Below the pieces are notes generated by a model. The model was not told the origin of the DNA, did not search any database, and was given only the letters and a program-made list of their open reading frames with translations. The translations under genes were made by a program, and so were the position numbers. A DNA stretch of 63,511 bases, the filler included, from Sphacelaria rigidula (Eukaryota), in NCBI GenBank assembly GCA_964200075.2. It is 7 parts of 7 records of this genome, joined end to end, with 100 filler letters (N's around TTAATTAATTAA, not from the genome) between each part and the next. Parts side by side here need not be neighbours in the genome. Positions count along the whole stretch, not along the records: positions 9,090 to 18,077 come from CAXNAA020009581.1; positions 18,178 to 27,164 come from CAXNAA020009582.1; 5 more parts are not named here. One strand, 5' to 3'. This document shows positions 12,050 to 23,989 of the stretch, piece after piece; position 1 is the stretch's first letter; each line of letters starts with the position of its first letter.

Positions 12050-13526
12050 AAGTTGCACGATTTTCTGGCTCCATCGCAGACATCTGTGTTTTGCCGTCCA
12101 AATCATCCCGAGCTGTCGAGTTGTGCTGGCTCAATCGCACACGTTTGTGCATTGCCGATTCCGGATCATCCCAGAGCTGTCGAGTTTGTTCGAAGTGCAG
12201 AAAACCTACTCACATGTTGAATGTTTTCTGACTCACTCACACACAGGTGTGTGTATTGCCGCTCTGGACCATCCCGAAGTTGTCGAGTTTTATCGAAGTG
12301 CACAAACCCATCGTGCTGAACCAACCTCTGCAGGACATCCGAGAGGTTGCCGTCTGGTCAAATAGCGAGTTGCACATACTTTTCTCGAGTTTGTTGCACA
12401 TACGCTTCGCGACCCGGGCTGCCAAAAATGTTTTCGGGTTGCAGTAAAAAATGAGTTCCAAACATTGCAGCAGGCTTCTGACTCAATTGCACTGTGTGAT
12501 TGCCGTTTCGATTACCTATCGAAACTGTCGAGTAGTCTTCGAAGGGCAGAAGTCTGCGTAAAGAAATGCCTATGCTGAACCAATCTCTCAGGGAAATTCA
12601 CAGGAGGTTGCCGTCTAGTCGGTTAGCGTTGCACACGTCAATAGCTTGTCTGCACATACGCTACTCGACCCGGGCTGCCGATTTCGGGTTGCAGCAATAC
12701 AATGAGCTCCAACACATTTCGACCGGCTTCTGACTCAATTGCACGTGTGGTTGCCGTTTCGATTACCTATCGGAGCTGTCGAGTCGTCTTCGAAGTGCAG
12801 AAGCCTGTGTAGCGAAAAACAAAAATGCTGAACAATCCTCTCACGGAATTTCGTGGGAGGTTGCCGTCTGGTCAACAGCGTTGCACATATGCACACTCTC
12901 TGACCGGGCTGTCGGGAATTTCCGAGTTGCAGCAGTCAAAAAGCCCCAAAATTCAGCAGGCTTCTGGCTCGATTGTCATGTGCAATTGCCGTTTCGATTG
13001 TATATCGGAACTGTCGAGTCATCTTCGAAGTGCAGAAGTCTGCGGGCCAAATGCCTACGCTGAACCAACCTCCTACGGAAATCCACGGGAGTTTGCCCTC
13101 TGGTCAATTAGCGGATGGTGCAAACGCTTCTTGATTCAAAGCGCCAAAATACTTCGGGAGACAGCATAATATATATATATATATATATATCAGTTAAAAC
13201 ATTGAATCAATCGCACCCAGAGGTGGTCGCCGTTGCGATTGTAGTGCCACTGTCGAGTTCTGTTCTTCTTACAAGTACAGAAGCCTATGAATGTCGCTGA
13301 ATCAACATCATACGATGTTGCCGTTTCATCCCGGATGTTCGATTACTTACCGGTGCTGTCAGTCGTCTTCGAAGTGCTGAAACCGGTGTAAAAAACAAAA
13401 TTATGCTGGACCAAATCTCTCACGGAAATCCACGAGAGATTGCCGTCTGGTCAGTAGCGGTGCACGTGTGTACGCTCCGTGGCCCGGGCTGTCGAAAACG
13501 TTTCGAGTTGCAGCAAACAATATGTT

Positions 13527-13561
<35 letters not shown>

Positions 13562-13830
13562 CAAGTTTTCTGCCTCACCTGCCCCGTGTACTAGCTGTTT
13601 CGATTGTATATCGATCCCCCGGATATCCACGAGGGGTTGCCCTCTGGTCAATTAGCAGATGGTCAAGACGCTTCTTGATCCAGTGTGCCGAATGATTTCG
13701 GGAAGCAGCCAAGTATATATCAGTCGAAACTTTGACTGTCTATGGGAACGGTCGAGTATAATTTTCTTCGACGTACAAAAAGCCTACGTACGCCGCTGAA
13801 TCAACATCATAGGATGTTGCCGTTTTCATC
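12050..13830 (+). repeat. Degenerate ~240-bp tandem repeat array upstream of the Ngaro-like ORFs
   Basis: The motif ttgccgtttcgattacctatcggagctgtcgagtcgtcttcgaagtgcagaag...tgctgaaccaa...gaggttgccgtctggtca recurs near 12255, 12500, 12750, 12985, 13230 and 13320. Confidence 0.85.
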
Positions 13831-14021
13831 ATGGACGCTTGGTGTGTCCGCGATGTAGAGCGTGTGTGTGATCGTCGGTCAAATATCGAATCCGTCGGCA
13901 CAAGTGTTCTCTGTTTATATATGTATGTATACATATATTTTCCCGCGGGGGAGGGGGGGGCATGACGGAAATGGCGTGATCGGTAAAAAGCCATCGATCC
14001 AAACGCCGGCGAGCAAAAAAA

Positions 14022-14029
<8 letters not shown>

Positions 14030-14098
<69 letters not shown>
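14030..14098. repeat. (CA)n microsatellite
   Basis: About 34 CA units. Confidence 0.97.
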
Positions 14099-14099
<1 letters not shown>

Positions 14100-14355
14100 C
14101 AATGACACATCTCGACAGCTGATTTCTCCAGCTTGCGATAGGAATACGAGGCGTGTCTACGAGTAAGGTTAGCGGGGCTACTGTCCAAACTATCCACGAA
14201 AGTTTGACGATGCGTTTCCACCTGGGCGTGATGCTCGCATGTGCTTGAAACCCGAACACCAGTGGCCGCCGCTTATTGATATTCGTCGCTAAACTTTTGT
14301 TTATCCCATATTGGCCCATGTCCGCATGACCCGCCATATTTTTTCTCTACATTAG

Positions 14356-15819
14356 ATGCCTGCAGCGACGAGGTCGTCGACTGAGGGCACTCCACGGGGG
14401 CACGGCTGCGGGGGCGCCCGTACTACACGGCGCGCGCCCGGTAGATCGGGGTCGACTGGGGGCACTCCACGGGGGGCGCGGCCGCGGGGGCGCCCGCACT
14501 ACCCGGCGCGCGCCCGGTAGATCGAGGTCGGGGCGTGCACCACCCAGGGCGCGGTCGGCTGCACTTCTACGCGGGGAGGGTCCGCTCACGGCAGCCGAGG
14601 CAGCCGCGTTGTGGGCGCGGCTCGAGGAGATGCAAGCCGAGCGCGATGCGGCCGCAGTGGAACGCGACGAGGCCCGTGGCACGGTTCAACAGCTTCAGGC
14701 CCTGGAGGCAGATCGCGCCGCGGCAGAGCCACCAGCGACGCCAGGGGACCGCCGTCGCGAGAACGAGGATGTTGATGCTGGCGAAGGACGGCCTATGGTC
14801 CACGGTTTGACTCAGCCGCGTGTTTCAATCGCGTCGACCTCGCACGTCCAACAGGCTCGTGCGAAAGAAAGCATAAAAGCGTGGTACAACCCGACAATGA
14901 TGAAGTTGTGGGTTTTGATAGGGGAGCGTTCGACCGTCAGCGGGTTGAAGACGACGGAGATGCAAGCGGTGTTGCATGAGATCGTCAAAGTTACCCCCGC
15001 CGTCATGGAACAACTAAACTCCATGAGTGGTTTTCACGTGTGGCTGTATATGGTGGAGAACGACGACCCACGCGTCAGCAGCACGTCGCTGTACGACCAC
15101 CTGGAGATACCGATCGAGGCCATCATGACGCTCCTCTCCCTGGGTATCGAGTCGGACGACGGGTGCGTCCGTCTGGAGATTCTTCGCGAAGTCATGGAGG
15201 AGGGTGCTACGCTGTTGCGGGCACACTGCCGCAAATGGCCCGCCAAGATGTTGGACCCGGAGGTAAGCGCCATGCTGGAGTCCCTCGTTGATGATGACCT
15301 GGGTCGGTGATCTTCGAGCCTGTTTACTAGCGCCGTCGCATTCCAGCGGCAGCACCCAACGCCTCGAAATATCGAGGACATGCCTCCGGTGGTGACGCCG
15401 CAGTGGACTTTCCTGCGCAACTCTATTGATAGCGGGGGACTTCGGGGCATCCGCATCCGCACCTCTTCCCTACTGTTGCCGACCAAGCGTTCCGCCTCGG
15501 AAATAACCAAATTCGTGACCGATACTGCTTCGTGGAGATGAAGGAAGGAGTATGCCGTCGCCGGAACTGCCCATGGGAGCACAACAAGAAAGCAAACCGT
15601 CGATCCAGCAACGGGGGCGACGGTCCTCGAGCTAGCGGCGGGGGAGGCGGCGGCGGTGGCAATGGTCGCGCCGATGGCACTGGTCGCGCCGGTGGCGGCG
15701 ACTTGGAGACCGGGGGAACCAACAACCGCCCCAGCAACCAGAGCGCCGGGGGCGTCACTGGTGGACGCGGTTATCGCGGTGGGGGCGGGGGCGGCGGCGG
15801 TGGTGGGGGCCGAAACTAG
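14356..15819 (+). pseudogene. gag: ORF1/gag of a Ngaro-like tyrosine-recombinase retrotransposon (frameshifts and a stop)
   Basis: ATG at 14356, a duplicated ~73-bp unit, coiled coil (LEEMQAERDAAAVERDEARGTVQQLQALE) and a TGA at 15308-15310. After a frameshift there is a CCCH finger C-FVEMKEGV-C-RRRN-C-PWE-H (~15525-15582) and a Gly/RGG tail, directly followed by a DIRS/Ngaro-type RT start. Confidence 0.65.
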
Positions 15820-15873
15820 GGGTGCGGGCCTCGCCTCGAGGCAGGGACAACCTCGGACCAGCACGCGGTTTCC

Positions 15874-16443
15874 GTGGAAGGCAAGCAGGCGGGAGGACCG
15901 AGGTCGGCGTTGAGCGAGCAACAAGGTGTGGCTGGGGATATGGAAGAATGTGCGGTAGCGCTAAAACGGTTAGCGCGCTCAGCCGATTCTCAATCAACCT
16001 ATACAGCACTCCATAATGTAGCAGCAAAAAGCCAACGTTTCTTGAAAGACAAAAGTGGGTCGTTTAGCAGTATGCTTGAAACTCTGACTGTATTGCCCGT
16101 TCCCCGCGTTGATGTATCTCTGATTCGGCGTTGCTTTGGCGAAGTGAAAGAGTTTCCCGACATAGATCTGCTGGTGCAGATTGTCAGTATCGGGGCACCG
16201 GTTGCGGTATGTGGGCGGAGAGATTTGGTTGCGGCGCTTCAATATGGAAACCATAATTCTGTCAGACCATATTCTTTGGAAATTTTGGCAAAAATTGTGG
16301 AGGGTGTGTTACTTGGGAGAGCATTTGTTTTTCCACGTCACGCAGCTGCTGCTATTCCAGGTCTTCGCGAATCACCTTTGATGGTCGCTGTCTCCCCGTC
16401 AAAGGTTTGCATTTGTCATGATTTGTCTAACGCTGTGTCTAGG
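15874..16443 (+). pseudogene. pol: Truncated reverse transcriptase N-terminus, DIRS/Ngaro type
   Basis: YGNHNSV...ILAKIVEGVLLGRAFVFP...ESPLMVAVSPSKVCICHDLS fits the N-H-S...GR...SPL.V..K.R.IHDLS pattern of YR-retrotransposon RTs. Cut at ~16444 by an insertion. Confidence 0.75.
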
Positions 16444-17877
16444 AACAGTGCACACCCTCGACAATACGATATGTAATATATATTGCCCGCTCAATATATC
16501 GACGCGTCGGGTGGTCAATATATATTGGGCGAGCAATATGATGGCACGAGAGAGGGTCAACATATATTGTGCCATCAATATGTCAAGGCTCGTGACATGC
16601 AATATATATCGACCGAACAATATATCACGACACGCGCCACCTCAATATATATTGGCCGAGTAATATGTTGGTGCGAGAAGGCACCAATACATATTGGTCG
16701 TGAAATATGTTGGCTGCCACCTAAGGTCAATATATATTGACGCTTCAATATACTCGACACCCGAAGCGTCAATATTTATTACCGCCCCAATATGGTCAAT
16801 GCGTCCAATATATATTGGGCGGACAATACATGAGGGAACCGACGGTCACAATACATGTTGGTGTAGCAAAATATATGGATTTTCAACATGTATATTGCAA
16901 AGTGTATTGGAGTTAGTATGGTGGGCAGTTCTTTGTTCGCGGGCGCCATTCAAAAATGCATTTTACATGCCGAAAACGCTCAATGTATTCCCCCGCAAGC
17001 GTGTTCAATATATATTGGCTGCACAATAGCTATCCGATGAGCGTGTGCAATATATATTGGAAAAACTACACCTCTGCATGGTTTGCGTTCAATATATATT
17101 GTGGTGACAATATGCTACGCATCGCTTCGACTCAATATATATTGACACTTCAATACATACACGGCCGGCATGCACAATATATATTGAATATTTTATTCCC
17201 AGAGCAACTGCATGTCCAATATATATTGCCATATATTACTTCATGATCATGACACGAGCAATATATACTGGTGCTTCAATGTCTCCGAGGGCATCTCACC
17301 ACAATATATATTGACAGGACAACATTCTAGCTGGCTCCAATACAAAGTATTGGTATCATATTGGAACATATTGTATTGTCCAGGGTGTAAGCAACACAGC
17401 CCCGGTGACCACAGGGGTACCAAAAGGCGCATACCGACCCGCGTTTTCTGTCATCGTAATGTTTGGCAAGATATATTAATTGCATACTGGGAAGGGGATG
17501 GGCGGCCCCGTAACGGTGGCCAGATAGGTATCAGGAGGCATATATATCGGGTCGCCTCTTTTGTCGCCATATTTTCTGACCAGTATATATATATATATAT
17601 GTTAAACGCATTCGACAACTCTCCGTGGTAATGCACGCGAACTTCTGCGGCTCCCTTTGAAGCTTTCCCAATCTGCACGGGATCCGGCATCTATCGCGTT
17701 TGGATCTTTCTTAAAGCGTACACCATACTTATAATATCCAAATATATTGACCGGCCAATACATTGTCACCCACGCAGACCCAATATATATTGACCGGTAA
17801 GTATGTTCTCATTAATGCGAGCCTAATATATATTGGTCGTGCAATATGCTGTCGCCCACGCTGCCCCAATATATATT
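16444..17877 (+). repeat. Periodic array of palindromic CAATATATATTG-N6-CAATAT motifs with unique spacers (about 22 units in 3 clusters), likely the end region of a DNA element
   Basis: Palindrome starts at 16474, 16516, 16558, 16600, 16643, 16685, 16728, 16770, 16806, 16849; 17006, 17048, 17090, 17133, 17175, 17217, 17259, 17302; 17739, 17781, 17824, 17867. Confidence 0.9.
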
Positions 17878-18077
17878 AACAGCCCATCCTAGTTTTTGGG
17901 GTTGAAACATAAAATGAGGTTGAAGTCCCATTCCTCCATTGCAGGGAAGATACGAAAAAGTAACACAGAGCGAAAGTATCTTCCCCCCCAAAACTCCGCG
18001 GGAGACCGCGAGAGTAGGTCACCTGCTGAATCGGCATCAATATTCACTTGGAAAAAGTACATGTGGTCCAGATCGAC
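17878..18077 (+). mobile_element. Left end of a MITE family (aacagcccatcctag...); a reverse-oriented end of the same family starts the next contig at 18178-18250
   Basis: 17878-17949 is approximately the reverse complement of 18178-18250. Confidence 0.65.
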
Positions 18078-18177
18078 NNNNNNNNNNNNNNNNNNNNNNN
18101 NNNNNNNNNNNNNNNNNNNNNTTAATTAATTAANNNNNNNNNNNNNNNNNNNNNNNNNNNNNNNNNNNNNNNNNNNN
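18078..18177. other. Artificial contig linker
   Basis: 44 N + TTAATTAATTAA + 44 N. Confidence 0.97.
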
Positions 18178-18264
18178 CTTCCCTGCAATGAAGGGATGGG
18201 ACTTCAACCTCATATTTTGTTTCAACCCCAAAAATTAGGATCGGCTGTTAAATGGTTCCGAAAT

Positions 18265-18463
18265 TGTTTTTTTCACCTAGGACTCCAACATTTCGGTGAT
18301 CGAAATCCAAAATTTCTATGACGTGTAGCAGTTGTCAATAGCTATCGGTAGGTGAAAAAATGGAACCATATTTCGAATATTTGGTGCGGATACAAAGATT
18401 TTAATCCTCCGGGCTTCTCATCCCCGATAAATTATCCATCCCCAATTTATAAGATCCCGTGTT
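18265..18463 (+). mobile_element. Right arm of the foldback MITE family at 27918-28361
   Basis: Matches 28165-28361 and ends identically at ...gatcccgtgtt. Confidence 0.8.
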
Positions 18464-19384
18464 GAGCCGGTGAAATGCGATGAAGAAGTATTTACGCGAT
18501 CGAAAGGCATTAGGCCGACAAGAAAGTCATTGGGCACCATCGCTGAAAGTGCAGAGAACTTACTGTTTTGGGCTCGATCCTCATTTAATTGGTGAACCTC
18601 ATTTTATAGAATTGTCTGTTCGTCGCTGCTTTCAACCGCGATTTGTGCAAGAAGTGGCCTAAAGTACCCCCTCCCCTATCGTAGGATGACTCATCTTTGC
18701 TTAGGGGGAGAAGAAGCAAATAATTAACCCGAAGAAGAAAAAATGAGAGACTCCAGTCCTCAAGTATGCACAAACACCCCTACATCGCAACAGCAAACCC
18801 ACCCAATGAATTCAGCCCGACGCACTGTCACGTGGCCTCCCCACAAGTACAGTACTCGTACGAAGTTCCGCCGCGTTTTTTGCAGCATATTCGATGCATA
18901 GCACCCCCTTGTAGGTGATTGAGATCACTCAACTACAACTTCGGAGTGCATGCCCCCCCTCATCACCCACATTGAGGTTGCCAGGGTTGAAGGGATTTTC
19001 TTTGGGGGGGGGATACGCCCCTGCGCGATGGAATTGAGAAGAAGAGCAGGCTGCGAATGCGCAGTCTTTGGCAAGGTCACAGAGATTGCACATTAGCGAA
19101 GAACGACATGAACGCTGATGATGCCCGACGGTTGTCACATTGTGTACAGTACTTCGTCAGATTTGGTCATTCAGGTGCTGATTCACTCGGGGTTCGTAGC
19201 GAGTTTCGGCCGGTCGCTATTTCCAGCAGTTTTTTTCACCGGAGCTGACGCACCGCGGCCGTCATTATTGACCAGAAATGGGTCTACTGCACCAAGAACC
19301 AGAGATGTGCTCCGCTCCGTCCACTGCGGATATCCGCTCCGTTTGAAAACAAAATCCGCGGATTTTTTTTTTTTTTGGACATTG

Positions 19385-19625
19385 CGATGGATGGAACTTG
19401 CTCTGTCCATCAAGGAGAACCCGCTTAAGTGGTGGGTGCTGAACGTGCACAAGTACCCATTCATTGCGCATGTCGCTCGGAACGCCCTGGCTGTTCTGGT
19501 AACGTCAGGTCCCTTAGGGCGAGCATCCTGCCAGAGTGGGCAAATTGTGACGCAACGAAGGAACAGACTCATCAACCTTGAACGTCTTGAGACGCCGATG
19601 TTTCTGAAGGGTTCCTGGGAGACCG
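19385..19625 (+). pseudogene. hAT transposase C-terminal dimerisation domain remnant
   Basis: ENPLKWWVLNVHKYPFIAHVARNALAVLVTSGPLGRASCQSGQIVTQRRNRL..ERLETPMFLK fits the hAT consensus PL.WW....YP.LA.LAR..L..PATS..SER.FS..G.IVT.RRNRL. The catalytic SER motif is degraded. Confidence 0.85.
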
Positions 19626-22600
19626 CCGAGGTTTTTACTCGATCATCAGCACTCAATTAAAAAGAATCCGACAGGGTTGTTGCCACCAAAACGTGGTCGT
19701 GAGATCGTAGATTTTGTCGTCGCGGGAAGAGATGGAGCAGCCGATGCAGCTGATCATGAAGCACTTCACACGCGTGCTGTGGTTTGTAGTGGTCTTGCGA
19801 CAATTGGATGTCGTGGTCAGACTTGGTTTCGGTTTGCCATGGGAAAGGCGTTCACTCTTGCACATCGCTGGCACAATGCGGGGATAACAACGACAATCTT
19901 TCCGCTTCAATCGTCATTTTATTTGTGCTTCTGACTCGTGATGCGCTATCCAAGGATTCACTACCCCTTTCAGGCATGCGCAACATCCATGTGAGGAATT
20001 GAAAAGTGTCTATCGCTCGTTTTCCTCGGAATCCGTTTGCAAATCAGACATCCGGATAGTCGGATATCCGCCACTTTTTCCACTCCGCGGATTGATCCGG
20101 GTAAGGTTATCGGCAATCCGAAATCCGCTCTGAAAAATTTAAACGGAGCACATTTCCACCAAGAACATCTGATCTCCGAACTATTCGATTCGGATGTAGT
20201 ACCTCAACCATGGAACTTGGTGATGGGTTTGGGTGGGCATCTGAATCTGGCGATAATTTTTCAAGAGAATGATGCCGATTCAAAATACCTTGTACATGAA
20301 CACAACTGGGGTCCAAGCGAACCCACGAGTAGTACACTCAATTCTCATGTTGTACGCCCAGCAGGTTTCCGAAGGAAGTCCGCTTCTCTTCTTACTGCAC
20401 CTCTCACAAAAGTTCTCTAACGTACAACTCGTGAAACGATGGGCAATAATATTTCAACTTGTAACTGGGCCTGCGACGGGATGACCAGCAAAGTTGCAGG
20501 GAGTGGGAGCACATCCAAAACAGCATCGTGTTCCACAAAACACATCTGCGGTGAAAACTAGCGTCTAGTGAGACCGTCTCTTACGGTTTGCATTTGGGGG
20601 GGGGGGGGATATTTTCCCCTTCTGGAACGTTTGATACGGTTATTGGCGCCCAAACAGGGAATGGCGCAATCATCACATGTGTTGGATACTTTGCATCATC
20701 CCACAGAGAGGAGTCTAGCCCGCTTTGCCGATTCGCTTGGCCCCGAGGTTTCGAAACTTGACCTCAGAACAAAAACGGGACCGGACAAAAGAATGTGGTG
20801 TCTGCAATTCATTCTCGAAATCTCGGGACCAAGCGAATCGGAAATGTGGGCTACAACAGCGTAATACAGCAATCGTTCTGTGCTCGTTCTTCTCCCAAGT
20901 CGAGTTGTCGATGGCTTATTCATCTGAGAATGGCACGTTGTCTCGAGTTTTCCGTTGCCTCTACATACTGTACTGCATTCTCGAGGGCCTGTGGCATACT
21001 CGATCTTTCTCTCCTCAGCGACCACTTATTTTTTGCACGTTTCTCACGAATGGCTCACGTTTCGAGAGCCGCCAGATTTGTCACTTGTGGTACGGAGAGT
21101 GTCGCCTTTTCTTGAATGGTTGTACGACCAAAATGGAGAACCCTAAACCTATACGATTTATCTCTACATACATGCTTTAGAGTGCATGCGACAAACCAAA
21201 CAATTTCCGCGCCGCGGGGACACACCCTACCTGATCGGCGAGGTATAATGAAGGTATCTATTATACTCGAAGCTCCCGGCATATTACACAATAATTTACC
21301 GTCAAATATACTGGGGGGGGCGGTTTGAGATGCAAGTATACAAAAGACGGAGGCTGATGTTAAAAAAAGATACCATGTCTTCGGAATCTAGTATAATACT
21401 ACATCGTCATCTGTTGCTACTCGCCCATCTTCAAAGCGGTTAGTGCAATAGCCACTGAGCTATCAGTCAGCGGTGACTAACATTGCTCAGTAGGTGGTGT
21501 GCGTTCTAACGAGTCAAAACCGATACGAAGATCTGGGAGAGCACAGCATATTGATGCGCCAGCGACCGAGAGTCAAATCGACGAGGCCATCGACGCCCGC
21601 GAAAAATCGAAGGCAACCGCCGTTCCAAACGCCAAGTGCTATACAGGCCCCATGAGCTGCCGATATCCGATAGTGCCGCTGAACCGCAGAAAAAACGCTG
21701 AAAATGTTAAATACGTCGTTATAGGCCCGCTCAGGGGCCTGAGATCTAAGCCTGCTGCAGAGGGACTCCAATCCAGCGGGCGGAAAATGATGTGGGTTTG
21801 ACAACGATGTGTATATCTTCCCTCATTACACACTTACTCTTCTTTACCGGTAAAACGAGGGGTATACATTTGACGGCGACCTAGCTTTATAAAATTGGAC
21901 ACACGGAGAAGCCCTAAATAGAGTACCGTACAACAACACCCACACCGCTTGAACGATCTGTTGGAAAATGTGAACCGTGGCTGTCAGCCAGCTCGCCAGC
22001 GCGGTGCAACTTATACCGCCGTTGTACGTATCTGTTTTCATTTTGTTCCCCTGTGTTGAGGAGTTTCGAGCAATACATATACTCTATATTTGGCATCTAG
22101 ATTTCAACCGTTAACGGTCAAACGCGACAGGCCTGAGAAGTATCGTTTGGCCAGAGAGTATCCTGCGAGTTGCGCCCGTCGGCACCCCGTCTTCGCCCTC
22201 TCGCACAGTCAACACGTCACCTCAAATCACCCCATCCCCCTCTTCCTCCGCCCGATCACATCAGTCTGTGCCTGTTGGGTCACTACCATGCCAAGTACCG
22301 AACAACACAGCTCGGCGACAAAAGGTATGGAAGCCTACTACTACCGGTTGCCAGTACCGTGGGTGGCGTTGTTGGCGAAGTACATCGGAATTCCCGCTTC
22401 GCACGGTCTTCCTGTGCTGTAACTATTTTGTTGTCCATCCTTGACCAAACTACCGCTGATCGTCGCGTACGGTTGTGCCCATTACATTTTAGGTAGGGTG
22501 GATTTTTCAGAGGAGAGAGGCAGCGGCGTGCTGGTGTGCAACCCCCTTGATCGGTGCAAATGTTTCATGCCCCGTATTTATCGCAGCGCAATATGTATAT

Positions 22601-23565
22601 ACCCTGTCTGCGCGACTACTGTGAAACGCACATTCTCATAGGCGCTGATTGCAACTGTTGTATGTGTGTTTCGGTGGGCACCCTCCATGGGCAAAGATTG
22701 AGTTCGTAAAATGAAGTATGTGTATAGATGCATTTTTCTGGGCCATGATTTCCTGCGCTGCCATGGGTAGAGCGAGCACTGTATTCCGCAGCATCTCTAG
22801 GATCTTCATAATAGATAATGCATTGAGCAGTCGTGGTGCTGTGAACGGAGTCGCTGAGCATGTGTAGCGACACTAGCGTACGGCAGCATCGACATCTGCC
22901 TGGCAGTGGGAACTTTCAAACTTGTTCAAATATTCGGTCCGGATTGGTTGATGGAGATTTGCGCGGTTTTGGGGGGTACGCAAGAAGAGGTAACTGTACC
23001 AGAGAAGATGAACGGACCGGGGCAATGTGCAGACAATTCATGCGGATGTACGATGCAACACATACATGAAGTGCACGACGATGTATAGTGAACACCAGGA
23101 TACACTGGAAATGTTGCGACCGCAACGCCGTCACCGCATCTGTTGCCTCTATGTCTGCGCTGTGTCGGAGTGTTTTCATCGTGTACAGGAATCGTTCTCC
23201 ACTGCAGTATGCAGATAGCAAAGCAATCATTATTTTTGTGTGAGCGTGAGCTTAGCTGTGTCGTGAAGGTAAGGTGAGGCCAGTCACTCTAGACCCGTAC
23301 CCATGGTGGAACGTTACACATTGCGCTTGTGGACTATACCGGCTTTGGGGGCACCCTAACCGTGCGCACCGTGTTTCGGCGCGTTGTTGCTTCTGAATAG
23401 ATTTATTTGTTGATAAACCTGCTCGCCCGTTTCGTGCGTGTTGGAACGTCGGAAATCGCCAAATTGACAAGCAGTTACGACTCTGTATGTATCTCTTCTT
23501 TCATTCACTGTCGTCTCAACAATCAATGGTCAGGTGCTCAACGACTTCGGCAAGATTTTATTGCG

Positions 23566-23670
23566 ATGACACGAGGAGTCGTTGTCGTCGGCCTTGCCGC
23601 CGTCGCTGTTATGAGGGTTGCTACCTCACAAGGAGCACTACGAGGAGGGCCGGCCGTGCTTCATCACGAC
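23566..23670 (+). CDS. Probable first exon of a secreted protein (signal peptide); downstream exons not identified
   Basis: ATG...MTRGVVVVGLAAVAVMRVATSQGALRGGPAVLHHD followed by the donor GTACGT, phase 0. Confidence 0.5.
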
Positions 23671-23910
23671 GTACGTTTTACCGACTGTGATCTATGTTTG
23701 CTGGTCGGTCATAATTTGCACGTAGATACTACTGTAGTGATAGTTAGCTCGTTCGTTGTGCGTTCAATTCAGCCATTCGGCCATTGCCCATGGGCAGCAA
23801 CTATAAGCTACTGTAGGAACACGGTGCGACCACTCCGCACTGGAACATATTGCAGCTGTACAGTCGTGTTTGCGAATGTATCTCAAGAATATGATTCAAA
23901 AGAAGTACTC

Positions 23911-23989
23911 GTATCTCAAACTCGAGGTTCCCGATATGTTTCACTGTAATTTATAGTCCAGTATACGGGGAACCTCGAGTTTGAGATAC
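23911..23989. repeat. Short inverted repeat (22-bp stem)
   Basis: gtatctcaaactcgaggttccc ... gggaacctcgagtttgagatac. Confidence 0.8.

Noticed and set aside
13740-14337. ORFs with poly-CV/HT, and similarly poly-I (52490-52784), poly-P/G (37635-38179) and F-rich (11224-11700) ORFs
   Set aside because: Translations of microsatellites, homopolymers or T-rich UTR.
15034-15924. 296-aa minus-strand ORF, and likewise 32621-33547, 33544-34095, 46476-47129
   Set aside because: Antisense shadows of GC-rich retroelement coding sequence.
16444-17877. Bona fide CRISPR array next to an RT
   Set aside because: The repeat is only 12+6 bp and bipartite, spacers are 18-19 bp, no cas-like ORF is present, the context is eukaryotic, and the RT is a truncated YR-retrotransposon RT interrupted by the array.
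17878-18252. Single foldback element spanning the gap with a TTAA TSD
   Set aside because: The arms lie on different length-sorted contigs. Both contigs probably just break in the same abundant repeat.
20170-20550. Cys-rich degenerate minus frame, vaguely pre-SET/SET-like
   Set aside because: Similarity too weak to support by eye, and the frame contains stops.
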